64,000 bases of DNA, taken from positions 12,065 to 76,064 of the forward strand of contig CAYWDM010000005.1 of the NCBI GenBank assembly GCA_964457085.1, in the 5' to 3' direction. Positions 38,298-48,700 of this stretch are shown here, piece after piece. The translations under genes were made by a program, and so were the position numbers. The notes below the pieces were generated by a model, which saw nothing but the letters and a program-made list of their open reading frames with translations, made no database searches and was not told where the DNA came from. Source of the DNA: an uncultured Pseudomonadales bacterium (lineage in GTDB: Bacteria > Patescibacteriota > Microgenomatia > UBA1400 > PJMF01). Numbering within the stretch: position 1 is the first letter of the stretch; each line of letters starts with the position of its first letter.

Positions 38298-38549
38298 ATT
38301 TATGTATATATATACTAGTAATAGTAGTAGTAGAGATGGTGGATAGGTGGATAACAACTTTCTTCACCTCTGGTTTTACGGTCATTTTTTAAATGGAAAA
38401 CTGTCATAGTATCGGGCATATCTCTGTGAATTTAAATGGTTAAAAGTACATAACTTTACAGCTGTCTTCGTAAAAGTGTAGCTTTTATTCACACTTCTTA
38501 GAAAATATCTACAACTTTATTCACATAGTTATCTACTTTTGTGGATAAC
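38298..38549. other. candidate chromosomal replication origin (oriC): DnaA-box cluster plus AT-rich unwinding element in the dnaA-dnaN spacer
   Basis: Perfect box TGTGGATAA (reverse complement of TTATCCACA) at 38540-38548; 1-mismatch boxes at 38346-38354, 38485-38493 and 38517-38525; 2-mismatch boxes at 38338-38346 and 38529-38537; AT-rich run ATTTATGTATATATATACTAGTAATAGTAGTAG at 38298-38335. Confidence 0.75.
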
Positions 38550-40172
38550 TTAGCGAGATATCGCGGTCAAAGACATTCTTAATGCTGATACATCCTGCTT
38601 TATTAACTCATCCTCAGTAATCAGACTTTCAACTTTCGAAATAGCATGAATAACGCTAGTGTGATCTCTGTTAGAGAACCATTTTCCAATTTCTTCAAGC
38701 GACATTTTTAGCTCTTCTCTTAAAAAATACATTGCCACATGTCTTGCGGTAACTAGATCTTTAGTTCTTTTTTTACCTTTAATGGCAATTTGCTTGACTC
38801 TGAAATGATTGGCGACCGTTTTAATTACGTCATCTGGACTTACTCGGATTACTGGACGTTTTTTAACCACCTCGAAACGCAATAAGTCTTCAATGAGTTG
38901 TCCAGATATTGTTCTGTGTTTCAATTCAACCTCAGACTTAATTTGATTGATGATTCCCTCTATTTTTCTAGCACTATCTACTTTTGAAGCTATAATTTGT
39001 GCTAGTTCCATAGGAATATTAATATGATTTGCTTGAGCTTTAATGAGTAGAATCGCAGTTCGTAGTTCAAAAGAAGGTTGTTGGATATCTATCATCAGGC
39101 CAGCTTCAAAACGAGATCTTAATCTGTCTTCGAGTAAATTAATCTCATGAGGCGGCCTATCAGAAGTTAAAATAATTTGAGAGGCCTGTTTAGTTAATGT
39201 ATTAAAAGTATGGAAGAACTCTTCCTGAACAGCATTTTTTCCAGCTATGAACTGAATATCATCGATCATTAGAACTTGGGTATTACGATATTTTGCTTTA
39301 AAACTGAGTGCTTTTCTTGATTGAATAGCACTCACAATTTCATTGGTAAATTCTTCACCGGTGCAATAGATAATATTCGCCTCAGGATTCTTTTGTAAAA
39401 TGTTATGTCCAATTGAGTGCATTAGATGAGTTTTGCCAACACCAACACCTCCATAAAGGAAAAGTGGGTTATATGCACCACCTGGCGTGTTGGAGACTGC
39501 CACTGCAGCGGCATGGGCCATCTCGTTACTAGTTGAGACGGCAAAGGCTTTGAAAGTGTAATCAAGCCGAAGACCAATTTTTCTTGCCTTAAACAGAGCT
39601 CGATCTTCATTAGAGATCTGCATAGTGTGCGCAGAGAATAATTCTGAGACAGTTGGGGAGAGGTTCTGATTGTTCGTATTCGTGGGTGAAAAATTAACAA
39701 AACCGGGTTGGTCAGTTTGTTTTAGTCTAAAACCATCTTGGTCATGATTCTCTTCATTTAAACCGCTAGAACTATCTGGAGTCAGTACACCAAGATTTCT
39801 TGAGTTGGTTGGTGGCAGAGCAGTCTTAAAACTATTACTGCTTTGTACTTCTCCAATTTTGAATTCTAAAGTTATAGGGATCTGTAGAAATTTTTCGAGC
39901 GAGCTTTTTATTTGATTAAGTAGGTTCTTTTTAAGATTTGTAGCATGAAACGCTGTCGGACAAGTAATAATGCATGAGGCTGTTTGGTTATTTTCAGAAA
40001 CCTCAATACTGGTTAAAGGATTCGACAATACCCAAGTACTAAAGACAGCTGGAGTAAGTTGAGTCTGAAGATCAGAACAAACTTGCTGCCACACGTTTTT
40101 AACCTGATCTCCAGGCAAGAACTCAGTCGACATACATTTTTTTATGGCAGGAAATTCTTTATAGACAACCAC
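38550..40172 (-). CDS. dnaA: chromosomal replication initiator protein DnaA
   Basis: AAA+ Walker A GGVGVGKTHLMH, Walker B LMIDDIQF, C-terminal DNA-binding domain (TSVIHAISKV); start could be MSTEFL at 40133. Confidence 0.9.
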   Translation of the reverse strand: MVVYKEFPAIKKCMSTEFLPGDQVKNVWQQVCSDLQTQLTPAVFSTWVLSNPLTSIEVSENNQTASCIITCPTAFHATNLKKNLLNQIKSSLEKFLQIPITLEFKIGEVQSSNSFKTALPPTNSRNLGVLTPDSSSGLNEENHDQDGFRLKQTDQPGFVNFSPTNTNNQNLSPTVSELFSAHTMQISNEDRALFKARKIGLRLDYTFKAFAVSTSNEMAHAAAVAVSNTPGGAYNPLFLYGGVGVGKTHLMHSIGHNILQKNPEANIIYCTGEEFTNEIVSAIQSRKALSFKAKYRNTQVLMIDDIQFIAGKNAVQEEFFHTFNTLTKQASQIILTSDRPPHEINLLEDRLRSRFEAGLMIDIQQPSFELRTAILLIKAQANHINIPMELAQIIASKVDSARKIEGIINQIKSEVELKHRTISGQLIEDLLRFEVVKKRPVIRVSPDDVIKTVANHFRVKQIAIKGKKRTKDLVTARHVAMYFLREELKMSLEEIGKWFSNRDHTSVIHAISKVESLITEDELIKQDVSALRMSLTAISR

Positions 40173-40229
40173 TTATACACATAGTTTCCCACACTACACA
40201 AGTGGCGAAACTACTCAAATCAATTCAAG

Positions 40230-42350
40230 TTATTTATTGGTATCTTGAGGACTTGAATACTGGTCAATGGAATAGTATCCATGCAGCTGAGGTTTTGCGT
40301 CAGCACTTTGGTTTTGTGGTGTCTGCTTTGGGGCATTTGCTTGTGCTTTAGCGATAGCTGCTTGTTTTTGTTGCTCCATTATTTGAGAGTTCTGTTTTAG
40401 CGAATCCATAATCTCTTTACTTGGGACTCGACTTTGAGCTAAAATTCCGGCGTCTTCTTGACTATCAATCTTACGCTGTTGCACGCTTGAATATTGAACA
40501 GCTTTGCCACCTGGATTTTCGAGTTCGGCTTTTTTTAATCTCTCTGCCTCTCGTCTGTTAACAATTTCTTCAGGATTGGTGGTAATCACGTCATGTTCCT
40601 CGTCACTGGCAACCACTCGTAGAGCAACATGGTTTGAACCAGCAAAAAAGATACCCTCTCCAACGTCAGAAGCCATTAATAGTTGTTTCTCTCCATCACT
40701 TAAATAAAAAGTTTCGGCCAATACTGGGACTGAAGAAGATGATTGTTTCATTAAAAATTGAATTGAGGCGTTTGAAACAATTGCTTTGCCATAGTCGTTA
40801 TGCAAAAAATCCTCAACATCTTGAGTAATTGTGGTAATTCCAAGGTAATATTTGCGAGCACGTTTAACCATTGAATGAATAAAAGAGGCACTGTCTTGAT
40901 GCTTCATAAAATACCAGGCCTCATCAACGACTAAAATTCGTCGTCTCAAATCTTTACGCACCTTTGTCCAGATGTAATCAAGTATGATATACATGGCGAT
41001 TGGACGGAGTCCTTCTTCCATTTCTTGAACTGAAAAAACAGTGAATTGGTTGGTGATGTTTAAATTAGAAGCTTGATCAAAAATACCTCTAAATGATCCA
41101 GTAATAAACTTCTCCAATCGAGCTGAAAGGTCATTTGCTTCATCATTCTCCATACCAATTAGGGCTTTATATAAATCTTCCATCAACGGTGGTTTATTTG
41201 ACTGGGTGGCCGGGTCAGGAGTAATTCCTTTAGCTTTATAAGCTGCCACAATCGAGCGATCCAAGATGGCTTCTTGTTGAGAGGTCATCTCGCCAAGCAT
41301 CAGCTTTAATAAGCCATGCAGTGAGATAATTTTTTGACCCAGCTCGTTCTCACCCTCCTCATAGAGATTAGCAAGATCAAAGGGATTAATTCTGGTCTTG
41401 GAGTTAAATGTAAAGTTAATGTATTCTCCCTGTACAGCTTTGGACAAATCCTCATACTCATGCTCTGGATCAAGAACAATGACCTCACAATCAAACATCA
41501 GCTGACGAATCACCTCCAACTTAACTGTGTATGATTTTCCTGCACCAGATTTAGCAAAGATCACCATGTTCGCGTTTTCCATCTTAAATCTATCGAAAAT
41601 CACTAGCGAATCATTATGCTCATTAATTCCGTACACAATGCCGGTTTCCATAGTCAACTCGGATGAAGTGAATGGAAAAGTAGTTGCAAGTGAAGTAGTA
41701 TCCATATTACGCGTAATCATCAGCTTATCTCGTCCCATGGGAAGTGTGGTCTTAAAACCCTCGTCCATCTGCAACGTTGCTTTTTTAGAAACGATCAATA
41801 ATGCTCCGAGCGTGGACTGAACATTTTTTGTAACTCTTTCGAGCTCATCAACACTTGGGGCAATGATAGTAACGTACAAGCCGAATTGATAAAAACGCTC
41901 GGCACCTGCAGCCAGTTGCTCTCGGATTGAACGAGCATCATTTAGCTTAATTTCGGTATTAATGTTACTAATTTTTCCAGAACGAACATCTGACTGAATT
42001 TCTGCCTCCATCTCAGTGATCTTGCGTTTGAGGTTCTCTAGAATTTCACTTGAGTCGGTAGGATAGATAAACATGGCAATGTTTGTCTGATACGGGTAGT
42101 TGATCATTGGCGAAAGCCAGTTTGCTGGAACCGATCGGGGATATCCTGCCACAAAAATAGTTCGAGTATATGTTGAGTTGATCTTTTGAAAAGTAAAATC
42201 AACCTCAATTGCCTCTGGAGCGATAATATCTTGTATAGTTACCAACCCTTGAGAGAACTCTTTAAGTTTTTCATACTCTCGTTGCTCTTTGGATAACTCA
42301 GGAGTAATTGGAGCTGGGGTTTTTGGAAAAAAAGGTAAATTGAATGCCAT
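40230..42350 (-). CDS. virB4: VirB4/TrbE/CagE-family type IV secretion ATPase (Gram-positive TcpF/PrgJ-like form)
   Basis: N-terminal YTRTIFVAGYPRSVPANWL (VirB4 N-domain pattern); Walker A FAKSGAGKSYT; Walker B LVVDEAWYF; stop lies 57 nt upstream of the dnaA start. Confidence 0.8.
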   Translation of the reverse strand: MAFNLPFFPKTPAPITPELSKEQREYEKLKEFSQGLVTIQDIIAPEAIEVDFTFQKINSTYTRTIFVAGYPRSVPANWLSPMINYPYQTNIAMFIYPTDSSEILENLKRKITEMEAEIQSDVRSGKISNINTEIKLNDARSIREQLAAGAERFYQFGLYVTIIAPSVDELERVTKNVQSTLGALLIVSKKATLQMDEGFKTTLPMGRDKLMITRNMDTTSLATTFPFTSSELTMETGIVYGINEHNDSLVIFDRFKMENANMVIFAKSGAGKSYTVKLEVIRQLMFDCEVIVLDPEHEYEDLSKAVQGEYINFTFNSKTRINPFDLANLYEEGENELGQKIISLHGLLKLMLGEMTSQQEAILDRSIVAAYKAKGITPDPATQSNKPPLMEDLYKALIGMENDEANDLSARLEKFITGSFRGIFDQASNLNITNQFTVFSVQEMEEGLRPIAMYIILDYIWTKVRKDLRRRILVVDEAWYFMKHQDSASFIHSMVKRARKYYLGITTITQDVEDFLHNDYGKAIVSNASIQFLMKQSSSSVPVLAETFYLSDGEKQLLMASDVGEGIFFAGSNHVALRVVASDEEHDVITTNPEEIVNRREAERLKKAELENPGGKAVQYSSVQQRKIDSQEDAGILAQSRVPSKEIMDSLKQNSQIMEQQKQAAIAKAQANAPKQTPQNQSADAKPQLHGYYSIDQYSSPQDTNK

Positions 42351-42351
42351 G

Positions 42352-43338
42352 TTATTTAATTTCAGCCACTGGTGGCAGAGTGTATTGTTGAGCTTGATCT
42401 GGAATTGGCTGTTCGACTACCGTAGCTGGGGGAGCACTATTCTCAGCAGTCACTTGAGTTTCTGCAATTTCTACATTTGTGAATGGTGACTGATTGGCTA
42501 AAACTGGGCTCTCTTGAACAATTTCTGAATTAATTAGCTCGGTTGTTGGAGATGAAGACCCCACTGAGTCTGCTGACGTCTCGCTTGTTGGCTGCTCGAC
42601 TACTGGGGCTGTAGTTGACTGAGGGTTTGGGTCGGACAAGCTAGTTTTGAATACGCTTGCTCTAACTAAGGGAGTACTATAGTCGTTTGATTCGACTAAT
42701 TGCTGTCCCTCAGCTGTCTCTGGGTTGTAGTTAGTGTAAAAAATCTGGATTATTTCTTGAGTATTCAGCTGTTTTGCAAACAGACCAATGCGGTTAAATT
42801 GTCCCATCAAATGTGCATTTCTGGGCTCAAGTACTCCAGCAGCTTTCTCAAGAATGACGCTTTTCTCGATGGTTGAAATATCGAAAGCATTTTTTTTGCC
42901 AGCACTAGACATGAATGAAGAAGGGGACATAATGCCCATCTCAATGGGACTGGCGGGAATGATTACATAGAATTTTTTATCCAAGACATTTCGCTCTTGA
43001 ATCAGTTTACTAACAAACTCTTGATATCGACCAATTCTTGCTGCTTTATCTTTGCTACTAGCTTTTTCTTGCTGTTTTTTGAGCAAATCAAGATATTTCG
43101 TAGCGTCTTTAGTTTTTGATTGAATATTAATTTGAATTGGATAGTTCAGTGAATTTAGTAATGCAGCATACGCGTAAATAACTGCGTCCTGTTCCTCTTC
43201 AGCCAACAAACTAAAATTCATTGCATATACTGAAAGAATGGTTGAAACAGAGCCATCTTTCATAATCACCATATTATTAGTGATGTCGTAGATGTCTAGA
43301 AATTCTTGAGTGGTGGAGCTGATGACACGGCCTGACAT
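42352..43338 (-). CDS. T4SS-associated hypothetical protein, translationally coupled to virB4
   Basis: Stop TAA is separated by 1 nt from the virB4 ATG; N-terminus (VIMKDGSVSTILSV...FSLLAEEEQDAVIYAYAALLNSL) weakly resembles the VirB4 N-terminal domain; Ser/Thr/Pro-rich C-terminus. Confidence 0.35.
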   Translation of the reverse strand: MSGRVISSTTQEFLDIYDITNNMVIMKDGSVSTILSVYAMNFSLLAEEEQDAVIYAYAALLNSLNYPIQINIQSKTKDATKYLDLLKKQQEKASSKDKAARIGRYQEFVSKLIQERNVLDKKFYVIIPASPIEMGIMSPSSFMSSAGKKNAFDISTIEKSVILEKAAGVLEPRNAHLMGQFNRIGLFAKQLNTQEIIQIFYTNYNPETAEGQQLVESNDYSTPLVRASVFKTSLSDPNPQSTTAPVVEQPTSETSADSVGSSSPTTELINSEIVQESPVLANQSPFTNVEIAETQVTAENSAPPATVVEQPIPDQAQQYTLPPVAEIK

Positions 43339-43396
43339 GTAGTATCTCTATCTTACAAGACAGATGACCAAACAAGCAAGGATTATGCCTGGCTGG

Positions 43397-44698
43397 TTAT
43401 GCTTGACTTACGATCTGGATGGGATCGATGATATTTCCAGCTAAAATGAGTTGTTGATCTTGAAATACATATCCCTCTTTGTCAGTTGTCAGCACATATT
43501 CCCCATTATCAAGCGGAGTAGTTATAAAGAACTGGCCAAGAGGGTTTGTTTTAACAGCTCGTGCAACTTCTCCTTTTGTGTTTTTTATCTCCACAATCGC
43601 ATTGGAAAGTATTTTTCCTGCTGGGGTAAACACCATGCCAACTACTTTATTTGGAACTGTAGGCTTGGAGGGAAAAGGCAGTTGATCACTGTGAGTAGTA
43701 GCAATTGTTGGTTGAATAAAATCAGTTGAGGTTGCTGAGTCATTCACCATAAAAACAGTTTGATCCGAGCTACTCACTAATTGTGGCTGTGGAATGTTTT
43801 GTTGTGAATCATCGGTGGCTGGCGGTGCCTCAATAGCAGGAGTTTTCTCTGGTTCTTCAGCAACACGCTCACTTTTTGTGGAAGTTTCTTCTAAAACGGG
43901 AATTTTAATTTGGTTTGCCACGTCTGCTGGGTTTGAAACAATTGTTTTAGCCATTTGTGGTGGAGGAGTAACTGGCGATCTATCAGTGAAATCTGTTGTA
44001 GTCACAATCTCTACTTCTGAAGTAACCTCTTGTTCTTGGCTAGCAACCTCTAGGGTTGATGTAGATTCCGCTGAAAGTTGGGTGGGAACGATGTCTTCAG
44101 GTTGTAAAGTTGCAGTCGTCGTCGTGATGACCTCATGCAGCTCTCTAACTCTAACCTGTAAATTAGGTTTCTGGATTGATTGAATAGCTGAAATGCTGCC
44201 AACAGTGATTGAACCAAACTCACTCAGAATTGATTGTGACCGCTTATGTTGCTCTTGCTCCCAGGGGTCAATTAATTGAGTCTGATGTACGGAAGTAAAA
44301 TATTCTTGAATTCTTTCACGACGAGCTGGCGATAGATCCACATCTTCTGGTGTTAATATGTTTCCAGTCTCAAGCTTATATAGAAAGGGCTCGGGAATTT
44401 TTACTTGTTTTCTCCAGAAAAATTGGGTGGGTCTATATAAAATATTAAAAAAGGTGCTAAACCAATGACCAAGGGGGCGTTCCTCAATGGGTACAAACGC
44501 AATGGCAACTCCCATACCACCGCTGAGCAAGATAAGTGGCCATTTAACGATTGGGATCAGGTTTGTTTTGTAGATAACTACGGCGATTACCACACCAACT
44601 GCAACCTCAGTAAATTGCTGCAGGGTCATGTTTCCAACGATGTGAAACCGATATCCAGTGACGTCTTGTGGAATGGCGTGCTCTCGCATGACATTCAT
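43397..44698 (-). CDS. PrgI/VirB3-like membrane protein with long low-complexity C-terminal extension
   Basis: N-terminal IPQDVTGYRFHIVGNMTLQQFTEVAVGVVIAVVIY followed by a second TM helix (PrgI-family pattern), then about 300 aa of Thr/Ser/Glu/Pro-rich sequence and a C-terminal beta-rich domain. Confidence 0.5.
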   Translation of the reverse strand: MNVMREHAIPQDVTGYRFHIVGNMTLQQFTEVAVGVVIAVVIYKTNLIPIVKWPLILLSGGMGVAIAFVPIEERPLGHWFSTFFNILYRPTQFFWRKQVKIPEPFLYKLETGNILTPEDVDLSPARRERIQEYFTSVHQTQLIDPWEQEQHKRSQSILSEFGSITVGSISAIQSIQKPNLQVRVRELHEVITTTTATLQPEDIVPTQLSAESTSTLEVASQEQEVTSEVEIVTTTDFTDRSPVTPPPQMAKTIVSNPADVANQIKIPVLEETSTKSERVAEEPEKTPAIEAPPATDDSQQNIPQPQLVSSSDQTVFMVNDSATSTDFIQPTIATTHSDQLPFPSKPTVPNKVVGMVFTPAGKILSNAIVEIKNTKGEVARAVKTNPLGQFFITTPLDNGEYVLTTDKEGYVFQDQQLILAGNIIDPIQIVSQA

Positions 44699-44740
44699 TT
44701 TACACTGCTTCAGAGATGAAAATCGAGCCTATAAATCAGC

Positions 44741-45787
44741 TTACTGCTGTGGTCCAGTAACTACAACAGCCGGGGTGATTATCTCAACCGATACTTCTCC
44801 GCCATTGTTGGTAATGACTGTGCCAGAGAATCGATACACAGGGAATGCGGAACCAGTTTCAATATCAGTCCGATATTCTGATGTCGCCTTGGTTAATTTT
44901 CCAGAAGTGATGGTTGCCAAATCAAGCTGGTTGATAGAGTTTTGGTATGCAGCAATTATTGAACCTTGTCCCGCTAAAATATTGGCAACAGCTTGCTGTG
45001 CAGTAATGGTTGCAACCTGTTTAACGATATTTGTTTCAATTATTTGCTGTTGGATTGTAAGTTTAACTATCTCATTGTCAGCATTTAACATCACTCGAAT
45101 TGGAGCATATTCATCATAATTATTGATTACTGGGAGATTGGCAACCTGAGGAGCAAATGGAATCTCAATAATAGTGGCATTTTTCTCAATGGTTTCATCT
45201 AGATCAGTTTTGTCTTTACGTAGGAATTTTAACTGGCCTTTGACTGGTATGTAGGGGCTTTGGGGGAGTAGGGTTTGAATAAATTGTGTTGCTGTATTCA
45301 CCGCCACTTCTGTTTGAATGGTTTTTCCAACAAATCGTTTGCTCTCTGCCATCGCTGCAGATTCACTAGCTTGTTCCTGAATAGAGAGCTGGTTGTTAAA
45401 AATATACTCATTCCGGTTTTTGTCATGAAATAATGAATAATTATCTCGAACCCAAATGTTCTCTGAGCGAGGGTGTTGGACAAGTTGGTATTGCTCAATC
45501 ATTTGTTGAGCAATTTGGCTAACAATGGTTGGATTCAGTTTAATTCCTGCGATCGGCAGTTTTTCTGGTAGATCAAGCTCAGGTCCGTTATAAGTCAGCT
45601 TTTTAAACTCACTTTTCGTTTGGTTAAAGTTGGTCGACATGAACTCCGATGGGCTGAGGCCTGCATTTCGATTTGGGGTTAGAGAATAAAATATTAAGCT
45701 GAGTCCCGTCGAAAGCAACGCGAAAACTAATAGTCCAATTAGTAATTTTTTATTAGTTATTTGAACAGGCAGGTGGTTCTTTGTCAT
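44741..45787 (-). CDS. bitopic membrane protein (VirB8/TcpC-like position), unknown
   Basis: Single N-terminal TM anchor (LLIGLLVFALLSTGLSLIFYSL) plus about 300-aa extracytoplasmic domain; located between the hydrolase and the PrgI-like gene. Confidence 0.3.
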   Translation of the reverse strand: MTKNHLPVQITNKKLLIGLLVFALLSTGLSLIFYSLTPNRNAGLSPSEFMSTNFNQTKSEFKKLTYNGPELDLPEKLPIAGIKLNPTIVSQIAQQMIEQYQLVQHPRSENIWVRDNYSLFHDKNRNEYIFNNQLSIQEQASESAAMAESKRFVGKTIQTEVAVNTATQFIQTLLPQSPYIPVKGQLKFLRKDKTDLDETIEKNATIIEIPFAPQVANLPVINNYDEYAPIRVMLNADNEIVKLTIQQQIIETNIVKQVATITAQQAVANILAGQGSIIAAYQNSINQLDLATITSGKLTKATSEYRTDIETGSAFPVYRFSGTVITNNGGEVSVEIITPAVVVTGPQQ

Positions 45788-48700
45788 AGCAACTGGTTAC
45801 ATTAGCTTTATACTCGTCTGGAACAGTAATTGGTTTGATACATTCATCTGAAGGCGGCACGATAGAGGCTAACTCTGAAGGTGGGCCAGCTCTAAAAAAC
45901 GCACCATTTCTAGCTATTTCATAATGTAGATGAGAGCCACTTGAGTTTCCGGTATTGCCCATCAATCCAATTACTTCACCAGCATCAACTTCTTTACAAC
46001 CATTCACATACGTTTCTGAAAAGTGACAAAACAAGAACGAGCCTTCAGCAGATTGAAGCGTTAAGTGGTTCCCACAGCCCGAATCGATATTTGCCTTACA
46101 AAGTGTGCCTGGAAATGGTGCATAGACTGGTGTTCCTTGAGGGGCGGCAATATCAAAGGCATCCATTCTCCCATGCGAATAACTGCCAAATGGAGCTTGC
46201 GAGACCACTCCTGTTGTCGGCCAACAGCCAGCTGTCATTGAGCAGTCGCCAATACAAAAACTCTTGCCCGTCATTACGTTGTCATTTCCTTCACTAGTGG
46301 CATTTTTCCAATAGAATATTGCTTCAAAAGTGTTGGTAATCTGTGAATGATTATATGAAGAATCGAATTCCTCTTCATAAGTCAAAGTGAGCGAGCTACC
46401 CGTGCACACTGTATTAGCCGGATTGGTTAAGTCGGTGCTGAGAGGTGGAACAAAATCTTCTAGATGTTTTTCTTTATCTGGTTTGGTGGGAACTGGTCTG
46501 CCGAGCTCCTCATATTTTTTCTTGCTATAGCGAGTTTTAATGATGTCGTTGATTTCGGTGATGGTAATGCAAGTACCGACTCCAGTTGGGGTAATGGTGA
46601 TGGTGTAGGTAACCTTTTGTGTGCCAGAGGTGATTTCAGGGCATTTGTCGTCAAGACAGCCAGTATCGATGGTTTTTGTGAGTGAAGCATAATCGGAGAG
46701 CTTTTCATCTGGGTCACTGGCATTAGTTTGATTTGATGGAAAGTCAGCTAATAGAGCAGCAGTAAAGGCACCATTTGTTATCATCACTGAGGCAACCATA
46801 CCGATGGCTGTGCCTGCAACTGCTTGGGTGGCTGTCGCCACCATGCCTGTACTAATTCCTGTTGCTGCGGTAGCGGTGGTAGTCGTAGCCGCAGCCGTTG
46901 AGGTGGCGGTTGCTGCGTGTGTGGGGCTGACCAGTGAGGGGAGAAAAGAATTGCCAGCTATGCCTGGAGTAGCTGCTGACGACATAGTTGTACTAGCAGT
47001 GCCTCCGAATGTGTTGCTCAGTGAGTTGGAGATAGTGCCTGCATGTTGAGTAAGCCAACCAACTCCAGTACCAACGGCCGCACCAACTCCAGTTCCAATT
47101 ACTGCACCGATTGGACCACCAACGATGAATCCAGTCACTCCACCTATTAATGCACCTGTGGCAGTAAAGGCGGGCATGATCACATTGCCCCAAAGTGCGG
47201 CCATGATCAAGCCACCAGCTGCTAATCCAGCACCGACATATTTGATAGTTTTACCAATTGCATCTTGAACGTCTGCTGGCAAAGCACCGACAGCTGCTCC
47301 AAGTCCCGGCATTCCTAGGGCAGCTCCAGCCAGGGCAGCTGAACCTTTTGCAATTGTTTTATCAAAGGCTTTTTCTAGATTCTTGTTTGCTGTTTTGGCA
47401 ACCGTTTTCCCAGCTTGATTGGCTGCACGCTTGGCAGCTCGTTTTCCAGCACCACCTGCACTACGAGCAATGGCTTTCTTTGCAGCATTGCTGGCGTCAC
47501 CAATCTGGCCAGTTGCTTGTACAGCATCAGCTACTACGCCACTTTTTCCTGCCATACGACGTCGCAGTGAGGCAAGTGGACTTAGGCCTGTGTCAACTGA
47601 ATCAAAAGCGGAGCTATATTCATCAAAAGTCAGATGTCGGCCATTGATGCCATTTTGAGCCATCACTATTTGAGCCTCGCCAACGTCACCCAGACAGAAG
47701 TTGGGTGGGATGTGTCCGCTTTGTAGTAGACGCTGAATCTCATCAGCCTCGTACTGGTTTTGATAGTAGTGCTCGTAAATAGCGATCTGTTCTTGTAACT
47801 TGAGTGACCGCCAAATCTCTTGATTATAGATATCTAACTTCAGCTTTTTGATATAAATGTTCTCGGTTGTTGATGCATTCTTTGGATTTTTGGTGTCATC
47901 ACCAACACCGGTACCGGCAGCAATTACATGGTCGCGGGCATATCCACCGTTGCTACCAGCTGAGGAAATAATGTTTTTAACTGGCTGAACATGTTTTTTA
48001 TCAAATTCTTCTTTGGTTGTTTTTTTTAATTCGTCTCTATCAGCTGGATTAACGCCATACTGGCCATATTCAAGTTTTGCTCCACCCGTAATGTATTCGT
48101 GTCGCCGCAGGTGCCAATAAATGGTAAGCACCCCTTTAAATTCTTTGAATTCGTCTGGGGTTAGTGAGGTATTGAAAATTTGATTAAATTGGTCGGTGCT
48201 GAGAATATCTAGGAATGCTGGCTGTTTGCCGTTAGCAGTGAGTGCATCAATTCGTTCGGTAATTCCATGCACCTGCATGCTTAAATTACCGCTATCAAAA
48301 TATGCAAGCGAATCGCATGCTTCGAGCAGAGCCGATTGCGAGTCACCACCTGCAAACGCTAGATCCGGTCTGACTCCAAAAATGGGATTATTGATGACAT
48401 CATTACTAAACTCAGCCATGTCTGAGTCACTGTTTTTAGCACCCTCAAGTTTTTTGTGTAAAGCTAACAGTGCGGTACGGTCACCTTTACTTTTAAGTTC
48501 TCTATACGCAGACTCAACCGCACTACTGAGTGCGGGGGAGAAACGAGGGTCGCTGTATAGGCCAATTCTAAAATCACTGAGAATTTGTAAACGGAGCCCT
48601 GGGTTGGCATATAAATCTCCCAATCCCTCCATTCCAACTCGCTCAATCACTCTCTTTTCAACATTAAATCTAACTACATCGTGCAACTCTTGTCGTAATA

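Noticed and set aside
38298-38357. N-terminal extension of dnaN (MLSTYPPSLLLLLLVYIYIN) given by the ORF track
   Set aside because: Translation of the AT-rich unwinding element of oriC; the canonical DnaN start MKIRVLQ is at 38297
46460-47658. Several plus-strand ORFs antisense to the M23 protein gene
   Set aside because: They fall in the Gly/Ala/Thr-rich low-complexity coding region, where the GC-rich repetitive codons keep the antisense frames open; no independent support
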